From the IMG/VR virus record IMGVR_UViG_3300014656_000015: a stretch of DNA of 64,000 nucleotides, one strand, 5' to 3'. The notes under the pieces are model-generated. The model was not told where the DNA came from. It saw only the letters and a program-made list of their open reading frames with translations, and did no database searches. Source of the DNA: a virus. Position numbers and translations under genes: made by a program. Below are positions 19,775-30,676 of this stretch, piece by piece. Within the stretch, counting starts at the first letter, position 1, and every line of letters begins with the position of its first letter.

Positions 19775-20346
19775 AGAATCACCTCAATTTCATCCAGCTG
19801 TGCCGCATGCTCCTGACACAGGTAGAGGTTGAAACCGCTACCGTGAGGTACCCGATGCACCGAGGTCGCCTCCTCGCACCCCTCGATCATGCACCGAAGC
19901 CCGACCCCGCCCAGGAAGGCCCTTGTCTTCATGAGGGCCAGACCCAACCGGTTCTCCCCGAACCACTGCGGATCCGTACCCCAGTAGTGATCCCCCCACG
20001 TGTTGACCTCGATCAGGACACGGCTCCCGGTTTCCAGCAGACGACGGCGAAGACGTGGGGCCGAGCCGAACTTCAGGATCTGGAGCTCGAGCATGACCCC
20101 ATCCTTCACCTCCTCCCAATCCGGACGAAGCCTGACCTGTCGACCCAACTCCTTGGCCCGACGCGGATGCTTGACCCTGGAGATCTGGATCATGTCGTCT
20201 CGATCCATGCACTTGGCCAGCTGGAACCCGTGCTCGTTGGTAGGGATACTGAATCCGAAGTACGAGATCGGGTTCTCATAGAAGTTGGAAAGGGCCCGGT
20301 CCCTCCCATCGAACCCGGCTACGGGCGGGCGAAATGGCAGTGGCAT
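19771..20346 (-). CDS. NADAR (YbiA-like) protein with C-terminal Zn finger
   Basis: LSNFY, TNEHGFQLAK, AKELGR...RPDWEEVK, LLETG, WGDHYWG, GENRLGLALM. Confidence 0.9.
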   Translation of the reverse strand: MPLPFRPPVAGFDGRDRALSNFYENPISYFGFSIPTNEHGFQLAKCMDRDDMIQISRVKHPRRAKELGRQVRLRPDWEEVKDGVMLELQILKFGSAPRLRRRLLETGSRVLIEVNTWGDHYWGTDPQWFGENRLGLALMKTRAFLGGVGLRCMIEGCEEATSVHRVPHGSGFNLYLCQEHAAQLDEIEVIL

Positions 20347-20347
20347 C

Positions 20348-21046
20348 TTACTCCTCCTCCTCAAGCTGCAAGATGTAGACACAGTCATGGGCCCAATTGG
20401 CTTCGGGTTGGGGGTCGATGAAGAGAAGGAGCCCGGTCCCGGACCTCCGCTCGAACACGGCGGCCCCGGTAGCATCCACGACATCCTTTGCCCGAACCGT
20501 CTCCTTCGTCGCCCAGGTGGCCGCGTCATCAGGAACCAGCCTGAGCAATGGATTGGCTCGGTGCCGCGCCGGCAGCACGGATCGCACCATGTGCAGCAGC
20601 AGTGCGTCCCGAGGCGGGAAGCTACCGGCGGCCACGAGATAGCGCTGCGGGATGCAAACCGAGGTCAGCGCCTCCAGGACTTGATCGCAGACCCGGATGA
20701 GGCGCTCCCTCTCCTCCCGGACCAGGTTCTCCCGCTCATCATGGATGTGGCCAGCAATCTGGCAGAAGAGACTGTAGAGGTGCCGATCCTCGGTAACCTC
20801 GACATCCATGAGCCGCTCCATCAGGGCCTCGGGGTCCATGGCTGCGCGCCCCGCCTCGGCCCAGCGTCGGAGATCGGCGCCCACACCCTCGGGGTCACCG
20901 ACCAGCTCCTGCCAGGGAATCCCCAGACCCCGTGCAACGTCCAGGGTCTGATCCTTTGCCTGCTTCGCCTCGGCCCGTGCCGATGCCAGCAGGTTCCGCA
21001 CACTACGGAGCTCCTGCTCGAGCTCCGCCTTGGTTGCCTTCTTCAT
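20348..21046 (-). CDS. hypothetical protein
   Basis: GGAAAGGAGG RBS before MKKATK. Confidence 0.6.
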   Translation of the reverse strand: MKKATKAELEQELRSVRNLLASARAEAKQAKDQTLDVARGLGIPWQELVGDPEGVGADLRRWAEAGRAAMDPEALMERLMDVEVTEDRHLYSLFCQIAGHIHDERENLVREERERLIRVCDQVLEALTSVCIPQRYLVAAGSFPPRDALLLHMVRSVLPARHRANPLLRLVPDDAATWATKETVRAKDVVDATGAAVFERRSGTGLLLFIDPQPEANWAHDCVYILQLEEEE

Positions 21047-22168
21047 TCTCCGCCCCTCCTTTCCTTGCTCGGATGCGCAACGCCCACACGGGTCGCGCGC
21101 ATGTGGTGGTCCAGATGGGCACAGACGGCGGCCCACATGAAACTACAGATATCATCCGGAATCTCATCGCTGGCGGGCGATCCTTCACCACAAATGCAAC
21201 CAGGCTCCTGAAGAAGGCACCGACTCACCTCCCCATACATCTTGCAGAGCTGGTTGAGGAACTCCTGTTTCGTCATCTCTCCTCTACCCTTCCTTTCCAT
21301 CCCTTCCTCAGTTGACGCCCTGCTTCAGATCATCCAGCGTCACCGGCTCCAACCAGCACGGGGCAATGTGAGCCAGAACCCCGGCGTACCCGATCGGGCT
21401 CCGCAGGACCCTGAAGTGGGGCTCCACCGTCTCACAGAGCTCCACGATCCTATGGATGGCGACGATGGAGCCGGCGACCGTGAACCGATACGGTGCGCCG
21501 GCCCGAACCCGGTAGAGCTGCCACGGCGGAAAGCTCCGGAGCGGCTCCTGCACCTGCGGCGACAGGGTTCGGAGCCAGGTCTCATACTCGTCCAGGTGCT
21601 GCGGAGTCCGCATCTCCCGCATCCTCTCCTCAAGCCGCTCCAGCGTTACATCCTCTCGCTGCAGCGGATTCGCACCTCTCATCTTCGTCCCTCCCGCCAG
21701 TCCCAGTTCTTGCCACCGACGGCCTGACACGTGGCGTGGCACCAGTCGCAGGCCATGATGTGGCCCTTGTCCGAGGCCGGATCCGATGGAGCGGGCCAGG
21801 CCAGCTTCATGATGTAGCCACAGTAGGAGCAGTGCAGTCCCGTTGGCACGGGCCGCCTCCTCAGATCCCGGTGTGCCTCATGCCGGGGATCGGCTCCACG
21901 CAACACTCTACTCGACGGCATCATCCCTCTCCTTCTCCCAGTTCTCGACACAGGAAGAGCAGGGTCGGAGGAAGCCCTCGACACCACCTGCGTCATCCAC
22001 CACGGTCTCCCCGAACAGGCTGCAACGGAACGTCTGGCCGAAGCGCTTCGTCCCGAGCCAGCGGCAATCCCTCCCCGCCCCGAGATCGGCGCAGCAGGTC
22101 AGCTTTACCCTTGAAGTCCCGAGGTACGGTCCAGCGCAGGACCATGTGCTCATTGTTCATCCCTATCC

Positions 22169-22396
22169 TCACTCGTTCTGGCAATCCTCGAGCACCTGGA
22201 TCCGGATCTCCAAGGTCTCCATCCTCCTATCCATCGCCTCCTGCCTCCTATCCATCGCCTCCTGTCGAAGTGCGAACGAGAACACGGTAATGACCAAGAG
22301 GAGAAAGAAGACAGCACTCATGAACAGAAACCTGCGAGCGGCGGTGTGATGCACAACGAGCAGCATTTTTCCCAGGTTCTCCTTGACCGTCTCCAT
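22169..22396 (-). CDS. small membrane protein
   Basis: One TM segment; 21-nt tandem repeat (RQEAMDR x2). Confidence 0.55.
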   Translation of the reverse strand: METVKENLGKMLLVVHHTAARRFLFMSAVFFLLLVITVFSFALRQEAMDRRQEAMDRRMETLEIRIQVLEDCQNE

Positions 22397-23425
22397 CTAC
22401 GCCTCCTCGGGTGGCTTCGTGCCGCCGTGCTTCCCGGACGTCCACAGGGGCTGCTGCACCCACCGCTCGAGCCCCTTGAGCCAAACCGCGGCGCTGTCCC
22501 CGTCATCGGGCACGGGCTCATCACGGAGCCGGGCGAGCTGCTCCGGCAGGACCCGAAACGCTGACACATAGGACTTCGCGGCACGCCGCACGTGCAGGAG
22601 CTCCACATGACAGCGCAAAAACTCCGAAACCCGACTCTCCGTTCCCTCCCTTCGAACCTCGGTACACGCCTCTATCTCCCTTCGAACCTCGGGAGGGGCC
22701 TCCCGCGCCGCGGCCAGATAGCAGAACGCGATGGCACGGAGCACCTCGGACGGACGCGGCCCGGCCCAGAACGAGGCAACGAAGAGACAATCGAGGACGG
22801 AGTGCGCCTCTGTAGAAGCCGGAGGTTCATGCTTCGTGGGAACGACCGACTCCGTATGAATACCAGGCTCGGAGTAGACGATGCGATTACCCGCTGCCAG
22901 GGCACGGATATAGGATTCGAGCCGTGCCTGAATAACCCGAATACTGGAGCTGCTACCGGGCCGTGCTCCGGGCCCCTCCTCCGCAACCCCGGTTCGCACC
23001 AGGTCCTGGGCAACGTCTCCCCACAGGTCCAGCAGACCGGCCCCCTTCAGCACCCCACCGAACTCTGACGAGGGTGATGGGTTGTGGAACCAGAACCTGT
23101 CCCACGCACCGGGGTGCTGCTGCTCGAACTCCAGCAACGCTCGACACGCCTCCAGGCGGCCCTCGTCCCCCAACACTTGGCCCGGGCCCCCAAGCGTCTG
23201 TATCGCCTGGTTCAGACTGCCCCTGTCCACAACCCACATCTCCCCATGACGCTGGATGACGCCATGGCAACCGCCACACGCGAAATCACAATCGACAACC
23301 TGCTGTTGCTTCACCCCGATGTCCTCGGCGATGAGCCGGACCAGCCCACCCACCCCGGACCACGACGCGTCCCGGTGCACCCAGCACCATCTCACGAACC
23401 TGATCAGCTTTTCCTTTTCGGGCAT
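22397..23425 (-). CDS. hypothetical protein, paralog of 14102-15043
   Basis: Shared C-terminal block; GGAGGAGG RBS. Confidence 0.7.
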   Translation of the reverse strand: MPEKEKLIRFVRWCWVHRDASWSGVGGLVRLIAEDIGVKQQQVVDCDFACGGCHGVIQRHGEMWVVDRGSLNQAIQTLGGPGQVLGDEGRLEACRALLEFEQQHPGAWDRFWFHNPSPSSEFGGVLKGAGLLDLWGDVAQDLVRTGVAEEGPGARPGSSSSIRVIQARLESYIRALAAGNRIVYSEPGIHTESVVPTKHEPPASTEAHSVLDCLFVASFWAGPRPSEVLRAIAFCYLAAAREAPPEVRREIEACTEVRREGTESRVSEFLRCHVELLHVRRAAKSYVSAFRVLPEQLARLRDEPVPDDGDSAAVWLKGLERWVQQPLWTSGKHGGTKPPEEA

Positions 23426-23437
23426 CTCCTCCTCCTT

Positions 23438-23746
23438 TCAACTGCTGGCGTAGCCAAAGAACAGCCAGACCCTCTGACCATTCTTCCGATCCGGACAGCG
23501 GATACACCCAGCGGCCCCCCACTTGTCCGCAATCCTCGGATCGTCCTTCTCGATGAGACGGTACGCGTAGTCCTCCGGGTCCTCACCTTCGGGCAGGTCG
23601 ATCATCACGAAGCTATCCTTCTCCGCGATGGTTCCGGTGTAGCCTCCGTGGCCATGCTCGTACTTGGCGTCCTCCACGGCAACTCCAAACGCTTCCTCGG
23701 CCGTCTCCCCGACCGCCTTCGTCACGAAATCACATGCTCCCATCAC
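23438..23746 (-). CDS. conserved phage protein
   Basis: MGACDF...YEHGHGGYTGTIAEK...DKWGAAGCI...WLFFGYASS. Confidence 0.75.
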   Translation of the reverse strand: MMGACDFVTKAVGETAEEAFGVAVEDAKYEHGHGGYTGTIAEKDSFVMIDLPEGEDPEDYAYRLIEKDDPRIADKWGAAGCIRCPDRKNGQRVWLFFGYASS

Positions 23747-23870
23747 GCACTCCTTTCCTCCACTGAACCAATAAGATCCAGGTACGCTCCTTATACCAAT
23801 CTAAGGGAAAAACCGGCGGGGGGTCGCACGCCGGTTTCGAGAGGGTCGGAAAGGTTGGAGGACGTGAGGA

Positions 23871-24173
23871 TTAGGCCAGATCCTTGAGGGGCTGCAGGAC
23901 CCGAGCCTTGACCACGCGGTGCTTCGGGGGGATCACGATGATCTCACCGGTGGCCGGGTTCCGACCCTTCCGGGCCGGTGTCGCCTTGCGCTGTACCATC
24001 TCGAGCTTGATCCCCAGGTTGGGAATCGTCACGGTCTGGCCCGCACGGAGCTCGTTGGCTACCACGTCTCGGACCGCCATGAGGACGACGTCGGTGAGCC
24101 TGACTGCGTTCGCCCCACCGATGTGCTCCCCCAGGATGCCACCCACCTCGTTCAGGAACTCCTTCTTTGTCAT
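23871..24173 (-). CDS. HU/IHF family DNA-binding protein
   Basis: MTKKEF...VTIPNLG...ARKGRNPATGE..VIPP. Confidence 0.88.
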   Translation of the reverse strand: MTKKEFLNEVGGILGEHIGGANAVRLTDVVLMAVRDVVANELRAGQTVTIPNLGIKLEMVQRKATPARKGRNPATGEIIVIPPKHRVVKARVLQPLKDLA

Positions 24174-24762
24174 CTGCTTCTTCCCTTTCTCGATCCCCCG
24201 TAGGGGATCCGTTCAGTCCATACGCTCCGACTCCCGCCGCATCATCTCCCTGATGATACGGATGGCACAGTCCACCGCGCCATCGCTTCGGCTGGGCTCG
24301 CCCGGGACCTCCTCCATGATGAAGTTAGCCAGCTGATCGATCTGAGACGATGTGCGGATGTAGCTCTCGGTCAGCCCCGCAACCAGCTCACTGAGCTGCA
24401 CGAGCGCCTCCTTCATCTCGGTCCGGATCTCGTCCGCGGTGCCTGGGGGCACCACCACGATCCGTTTCTCCTCATTGCTCATCAAGTACTCTCTCCTTTT
24501 CCCGCCTCGCCCTGCCTCTCAAGCCACTGCGCCATGAGCACTGCCGCCATGACCACCATCCAACTTCATCATCCCGCCTCCTTCGGGAACCAACGCCAGC
24601 AAGCCACCCAGACCCCATCTGCCACAACGCGGACCTCGGCCTCCTCATCGACGTGCCAGTCGTCGCCGAGGTCCTCAACGATGTCCCGGGCCCGGTCCCG
24701 GTACTCCTCCAGCTCATCCAACGTCTCATCCTCCACGTCAACCTCCTATCCTGGATTGTCCA

Positions 24763-25464
24763 CTAGATGATGATCCCGTGGCCCCCGCACTCCTTACAGT
24801 CGGGGTCCACAGCACGGAAGCGTCTCGGGCCACCCGAGGCCGTAGCGCAGTGCTCACAGCCATGCGTCTCGTCCCAGATCCGCTGCGCCTCGTCCTCCAC
24901 CCCCCGCACAGCCTCCCACCAGTCCTCTTCGGAGAAGGGGTAACGGAGCTCGACCGGTCCCACCTCTACATCGACCCCCTCCACGATGGATCCGATGGCG
25001 ACCCCGCCCCGATCCATACGCTTGGACGGAAGCGTCACCTCGAACCTGAGCTTACGAATGAGAGCTGGGTTCGAGGACCTCAATCTAGCCCCGGAGGTTT
25101 CCAGCATCTTCCACACTCCCAGCTCCTCATCCTTCTTGAGATTCATGTAAGAGGACCAGCCCGACTCCACCGAGGCGAGTTGGAGATACTCCGCAACCTC
25201 AACGGGAAGCGTCTCGGGGTACCCCGCTAGGCAGGGACGGATATAGGCCTTGTGCGGTGGCGCGATACCGATGACCCGAAGACCGACCACTGTCAAGGCG
25301 ATCTCGGCCCTCCACCACTGATAGAGCCGCGCCCTGGGTCCCGGGGGTCGAGCCAGGACCCAGGCTCCACACGCCGTGTCTTTGTAAACACGGTGTGCTA
25401 TTGCCTCAATAGTGTCATGAGCCGCGCCTACATGATTAACCAGCTCCTCCAAGTTCCGAATCAT
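24763..25464 (-). CDS. hypothetical protein with C-terminal Zn ribbon
   Basis: CEHC..CKECGG. Confidence 0.6.
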   Translation of the reverse strand: MIRNLEELVNHVGAAHDTIEAIAHRVYKDTACGAWVLARPPGPRARLYQWWRAEIALTVVGLRVIGIAPPHKAYIRPCLAGYPETLPVEVAEYLQLASVESGWSSYMNLKKDEELGVWKMLETSGARLRSSNPALIRKLRFEVTLPSKRMDRGGVAIGSIVEGVDVEVGPVELRYPFSEEDWWEAVRGVEDEAQRIWDETHGCEHCATASGGPRRFRAVDPDCKECGGHGIII

Positions 25465-26339
25465 CTCTCACCTCCAGCCTTGCCTGGGCTCACCAGACCA
25501 AGGAGCCCTCGGATCCTCCTTTCGATCAGCCTCGCAACCAACTCCAGCGCCCAGTCATCGCACTGAGGCTCCATGCCGATCTCGCAGGACCGCTCCAGTA
25601 GTACCGGAGCCGGGGAGTCCCCGAGCTCGGCCTGGAACGTTTCGTAGGGTGATCGCTCGAGGAGCCGCTGAGCCTCGTCGCTGGCCTCACTCCGAATCAG
25701 CTCTAGAGGGCTCCGTACCCCGCTCCAATCCGGTGAGAACTGGGCCAGCACCTCACAGATCCCGGTCCAGTACAGGTGCGACAGTACGAGACGCAACGTC
25801 TTTCGACCCGGCACTGGGTCCTCCTCCTCAATCTCATCACTGCCGGTATCAGCGACCTGGGCGGGTGCCCCGGCCACCGGCACTGGTATCGACATGTCCT
25901 CCAAAGCGGCTAGCGCCTTGTTGTCCAGGGACATGGGTCGGGCCGTTACCGGCCTCGTATCGAGCCAGCGCCGGCTCCGGATCGCCTGCTCATAGCTATA
26001 GTCACCGAGGACCGTGATACAGACCAGGCCGGACCTGGACCGTCCCGTCTCGTCTCGGCGCACGACGCCGTAGATCGGGCCGGTGGCCTCCGGGATCTCC
26101 GCATCGATCCGAATCACCCAGTCCTCGACGATACCGTAGGCCCGATCCTGCTCCCACCAGACCTCCTTATCGTTAGCCTCGATTCTCCTGGTGAGGATCT
26201 CGTCCAGGCCTATCCGTATATTGCTATCCTGAAAGTGTTCCAGGCCCCGAGTCAGGTCCCGAAGCCCCTCGATCGCGCTATCCGTGATGTAGTTCCTCGG
26301 CTCCTTCCCTTCGGAAGGTGCCATCCAGGCCTGTCCCAT
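25461..26339 (-). CDS. hypothetical protein
   Basis: GGGAGG RBS; long ORF in operon. Confidence 0.65.
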   Translation of the reverse strand: MGQAWMAPSEGKEPRNYITDSAIEGLRDLTRGLEHFQDSNIRIGLDEILTRRIEANDKEVWWEQDRAYGIVEDWVIRIDAEIPEATGPIYGVVRRDETGRSRSGLVCITVLGDYSYEQAIRSRRWLDTRPVTARPMSLDNKALAALEDMSIPVPVAGAPAQVADTGSDEIEEEDPVPGRKTLRLVLSHLYWTGICEVLAQFSPDWSGVRSPLELIRSEASDEAQRLLERSPYETFQAELGDSPAPVLLERSCEIGMEPQCDDWALELVARLIERRIRGLLGLVSPGKAGGER

Positions 26340-26342
26340 TGC

Positions 26343-26645
26343 TCACCTCCCGTAGGGTACGCAGAGGAGAAGGCAGACCCGGTCATTGACCCGAGTCAGC
26401 ACCGGGGGTCCGGATACATAGTCGCAGAGCCGACTCACGAGGTCCTCATCGAGGTTGTCCACAGCACGGAGCATACCCAACTCCTCCCTGACCTCGATCG
26501 CCTCGATGTGCACGGGGCAGCCCCCGACACGAAAAGGCTCGCCGCTCTCGATGTTGAAGTGAAAGGAACCCCGCTCAGTTTCCTGCCAACGTCCCCGGAT
26601 CCGAACCTCCAGACCCTCTATGCTGACGATCAAACTCTGTTCCAT
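26343..26645 (-). CDS. hypothetical protein, paralog of 28062-28364
   Basis: GRW...I.AIEV...LT.V....L...VP pattern. Confidence 0.6.
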   Translation of the reverse strand: MEQSLIVSIEGLEVRIRGRWQETERGSFHFNIESGEPFRVGGCPVHIEAIEVREELGMLRAVDNLDEDLVSRLCDYVSGPPVLTRVNDRVCLLLCVPYGR

Positions 26646-27655
26646 CAAACCCTCCTTGCTGTGGAAACACGCGGTATCGAAGCGCCCTTCCAGATCAGCC
26701 TCTGCAGCGATCTCTTCTCGACCCAGGCGTTGTACGCCATGATCGCCTTGACAGCACACTCCCTACGACGCATCAGGTTCTGCCGCATCGAGCCCGCGGC
26801 CCTGCTGGGATGACTGAGACGTGTGGCGATACAGAAGTCGAACAATACCCGAGCCTGTGGTGTGAGGTAGTTATCGATGACCTGCTGGTTCGAGAACGCG
26901 GCGGTAAAGAACTTCTCCGCCAACGCCGCGTCCCCATCCCGAGCGCAGCGCACGGCCCCCGCCAGGAAGGCAGAGCCCGGACCCTTCCCACCCACCTTGG
27001 TGAGGGTCTTGAGAAAGAGCCGATGCACGAACTCCCGGAAGGGGCTATCCCTGATGAGACGATATCGCTGCGTCGTGCTCAGACTCGAGTTCTGGAAGTT
27101 GCCATGCTCGAAGGTCAACGCCCCGATAGCGGACGGATGGAGATAGTCATCGTTCTGCATCTGGATGATATCCGTGACGGTCCGCAGCTTGCGGTGCGTG
27201 TCGATGTGCATCAGGGCATCCCAGTTGAAGAGCACGATGAGCCAGGTCGCGGGCAGCGGGACGCCGCTCTCGACCACGGCCCGGCACCGGTGCTGACCAT
27301 CCACCAGGAAACCGTCCGGATCCAGTCGCAATGGGGAGCCGATCTCGTGAAACTTGCCATCCTTCAGATCCTCGGCGATGGTACGAATCAGCTTGATCGA
27401 AGCCCGTCGTTGACCGTGCTCGGGCTGGCACTCCTTCAACAAGTACGACGCCAGAGGGGCCGTGAGCGCCGGCATCAGGAGAGGCACTGTCTCCATCCCG
27501 GACATCGGCTCCAACGAGCCCTCCTTCAGCATCGAGAGATAGAGCGCCAGATCCCTGACCTCATGAACAACCCTACAGGCAATCTTGAGACACCCACCCA
27601 GATCATTCTTTCCGTTTTCCCCTGCTATCATTTCTCCCTTTCCTTTCCTGATCAT
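26645..27655 (-). CDS. ParB/Srx-like (DGQHR) domain protein
   Basis: GFLVDGQHRCRAVVESG, ID....RT..D. Confidence 0.75.
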   Translation of the reverse strand: MIRKGKGEMIAGENGKNDLGGCLKIACRVVHEVRDLALYLSMLKEGSLEPMSGMETVPLLMPALTAPLASYLLKECQPEHGQRRASIKLIRTIAEDLKDGKFHEIGSPLRLDPDGFLVDGQHRCRAVVESGVPLPATWLIVLFNWDALMHIDTHRKLRTVTDIIQMQNDDYLHPSAIGALTFEHGNFQNSSLSTTQRYRLIRDSPFREFVHRLFLKTLTKVGGKGPGSAFLAGAVRCARDGDAALAEKFFTAAFSNQQVIDNYLTPQARVLFDFCIATRLSHPSRAAGSMRQNLMRRRECAVKAIMAYNAWVEKRSLQRLIWKGASIPRVSTARRV

Positions 27656-28061
27656 TATTCACCCCGACTCCAGACCTTCTTCACTCGGTATCCTTTCTCT
27701 TCAACCGATCCCGTTTCACCAACCAACGAACGCCGCGGCCAAAGAGGTCGGCCATCCTTTCCTTCAAGTCGTGGGGGAAGGAGAGCACCGCCGCGGTCTC
27801 CGCCGAGAGGTAGGAGGAGTCCCCACCCAGGTCGGCTCGAGAACCGTAGCAACGAACGTCTCCGTCCAGCACGGGTCCACGCGCCGTTGTCCGAGTATAG
27901 AGACTGCCCAGGGTCATGATGAGCTCGGGCTCCCCCACGGTATCGGGCGGGACAATGGCACGAAACTGAAACCGTTCGATCCCCCCAACCCCGACCTGAC
28001 GAACGACCTCCAACTGAATCTCGTACTGGTCCACTACATTCCATCCCAACATCGACATGTA

Positions 28062-28364
28062 TCACCCATCCTTACGCTTCGGCACCGCGAAGATCAGGTA
28101 AGTCTCCTCACCCACCTGCGTCAGATCGGGCTGGGCCGTCCCGCACAGCACCAGGAGTGCGTCGAATGTGGGATTCAACGCACGGTTCACCGGCCGTGGC
28201 GCCCAACTGCCCCGAGTCACCTCGATGGCACGAATCTCGAGCTCGGTACCCAGTACATGAGGACCAGCCGTACCATCCGACGTGACCAGACGGTACTCAC
28301 CCGGACCTACTCGCTCCCATCGCCCACTGAAGCTCAGCTGCACCAGGTGCGTCCTACCCTCCAT
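28062..28364 (-). CDS. hypothetical protein, paralog of 26343-26645
   Basis: Same pattern as its paralog. Confidence 0.6.
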   Translation of the reverse strand: MEGRTHLVQLSFSGRWERVGPGEYRLVTSDGTAGPHVLGTELEIRAIEVTRGSWAPRPVNRALNPTFDALLVLCGTAQPDLTQVGEETYLIFAVPKRKDG

Positions 28365-29001
28365 CTCACCCTCCTCTGTTCCGGGACAACGCCTCCCGGA
28401 TAGCCTCCGCGATCAATCGACGCAGCTCGCGCATAGACGCACCGCGCGGCGCCAGCAGCCCTCCGGGGAGGGTACGGAGCCACGCCTTGACCACCTTGTC
28501 CGCCAGACCATCGGGATCCGGCAAGTAGTCCGAGGCCCGCAACCCCTTCTTCGGATCCAGCTCCTTGCTACTGACTGTCCCCACTATCATGGGCACCTCC
28601 TTCGTTACCAGTACACCGCTTATACCTGACTAAGGGAGAAATCCCCGGTACAGGCTGGTAGGGTACCGGGGATCGAAGGACTAGCCTCGGATGGGCTCGA
28701 GCGGCTGGAAGCGGTCCGGGGACCGCCAGGCCTCTAGCTGCAGCGCGGCCGTGACCCGCTCCACGAACCCGTGCAGGTCCGGGTCCTTCGGGCTCATGTA
28801 GAGCCCGGGACCCGACACGGACACCTGCACCTCGCACCGCTTCCCCAGGAGCCGCCTCCTCAACTCCTGCTCGAAAAGCGACACCGTGTTCGGGGGCAGA
28901 ACGCCAGGGTTCACGACCACGCGTACACCACGATCCTCCATCCCACTCTCCTTTCCATACCGGTAGTGGTTCGATACCGGTCTCGGAGAGCTTATATCGG
29001 A

Positions 29002-29457
29002 TCAAGTGGGGAACTTGCTCCGGAACCTCGCGCAGCCATCCTCCTTCCCCGCCGGCTTCTCGTACCGTGGGGAGTCGACCAGGCCACACTTCCAGGGTCC
29101 ATCGCGGTCGTCGAGGTGTGCACAGTGGAAGCAGGAAGGTTTCACATGAAACGCGAAGACCTCGTGTGTGCTCCCATCCAGATCCATGACCTGGATCGGG
29201 TTGAGGCGGAATAGGCCGCCACCGGCATAGTTGCAGGGACGGTGGGTACCCGACACATCGGACCTCTCCACCACTGTACCGAGCCACCGACCCACACAGC
29301 TGAAGGCCACCGCGTTATCCGGGGCGCCGGCGTCGGGCCAGTCCTGCGCCCGAGCCACGTGACCGCAGACCGGACAGACGAACTCCCACTGTCGCCGGTC
29401 CTCCCCGAAGAGCCGGATGCCCAGCTCCTCCCACTCCTCACGTTCCATCGTGATCAT
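29002..29457 (-). CDS. VVA0879-like phage protein
   Basis: WEFVCPVCGH...FSCVGR...CNYAGGGLF. Confidence 0.75.
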   Translation of the reverse strand: MITMEREEWEELGIRLFGEDRRQWEFVCPVCGHVARAQDWPDAGAPDNAVAFSCVGRWLGTVVERSDVSGTHRPCNYAGGGLFRLNPIQVMDLDGSTHEVFAFHVKPSCFHCAHLDDRDGPWKCGLVDSPRYEKPAGKEDGCARFRSKFPT

Positions 29458-29926
29458 GGTGCACGACACTCTCGATGCTGAAACGGCCGAGGCCGAGCTC
29501 CCGACAGATCGTGGAAAGTGCGTGGGTCAACGCCTTCCTTCGGGATCGGAGAATCAGGTCTTCGGCCCGCAACATATCCTCCACCCCCTCCACCAGAATC
29601 ACACGTTCCACGATCATCCTGAAGTGCGTCGTGCAGAGCCGGGCCTGCCGCAACACCATCTTGTCCAGTCCGGGTACCACCGCGTAGACGTCGGCAACGC
29701 CACTCGCCGGCTTGCCACAACCCTTCACCTCACAAGTCATCTCTCGCCTCCTTTCAAATCTCGCCAGCCAGGATCGCCTGCTTGATCTCCTCGATCAGGG
29801 CCCAGCGGGGGATGTTACCGGACTGGAGCCCAAGACAGGCGCAGTAATCGTGAAGCTCCTCACCGTTTCGATCCACGACTACCGTTGCCCTTCTTCTCGC
29901 CTCCTCGCTATCGACCTCGGATCGGC

Positions 29927-30676
29927 TCATTTCTCAACCCCTTTCCGGGCACGCTCCACGGCCTCCTCGGCGCAACTCTCGCACCTTACGTAGGATCCCT
30001 CTCCCAGAGCTTGACCCCTGTACGGTGACTCCAGCCGATCATGGCCGCAACTAAGCACGAGTCGCCATCGCCCGTCACCGACCCGACTCACCCCCACAAC
30101 CTGAGACATCGATGCCTCCCGTTCCCCTGACATGTGTAACTTACGGAGCCGGCGCAGGGCCCGGTTCTCGACCTGCCGGACACGCTCCACCGAGAGGTCA
30201 AGGGCTGCCCCAACCTCCCGGAGCGTCTCACCTTTCAGATAGCGCCGTTCCAGAATGTCTCGCTCCCGAGCAGTGAGAACGTCCCCGTTCCAGACCTCCT
30301 GGAGCCACCCCAGCTTCTCCGAATCGAGCAGCACGTCTTCAGGAGAGGGCAGGGCAGAGATCCACTCCGGAGCTAGCACTGCAAGCTCCTCCTTGTCGAA
30401 CTCCGCCACGACCCGAGTCGTTTTCACCTCGGAGATCTGGCTCGGGAAGAGCTCTGCCGGATCCACATCGTAGAACTCGGCCACCCGTAGCACGGGTGCT
30501 CGCCACGACTCCCCATTGGCCCGGAGCGGGTCGTACCGCAGATTCTCCATACGGCAGAGATCGGTGACACAGACCCGACTCCGCCGCGCCACCTCCTTGA
30601 GGGTAAGACCAAGGGCCAGCCTCCTGGTCACGAGCCGGTTATTCTTGAGTCGGATCTCGGCCCGAAACGTCTTCAT
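29927..30676 (-). CDS. XRE-HTH fused to sigma70 region 4, with C-terminal Zn ribbon
   Basis: N-terminal RRLALGLTLKEVARR; LTARERDILERRY..GETLREVG..LDLSVERVRQVENRALRRLR; W..VLSCGH..CESC. Confidence 0.8.
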   Translation of the reverse strand: MKTFRAEIRLKNNRLVTRRLALGLTLKEVARRSRVCVTDLCRMENLRYDPLRANGESWRAPVLRVAEFYDVDPAELFPSQISEVKTTRVVAEFDKEELAVLAPEWISALPSPEDVLLDSEKLGWLQEVWNGDVLTARERDILERRYLKGETLREVGAALDLSVERVRQVENRALRRLRKLHMSGEREASMSQVVGVSRVGDGRWRLVLSCGHDRLESPYRGQALGEGSYVRCESCAEEAVERARKGVEK

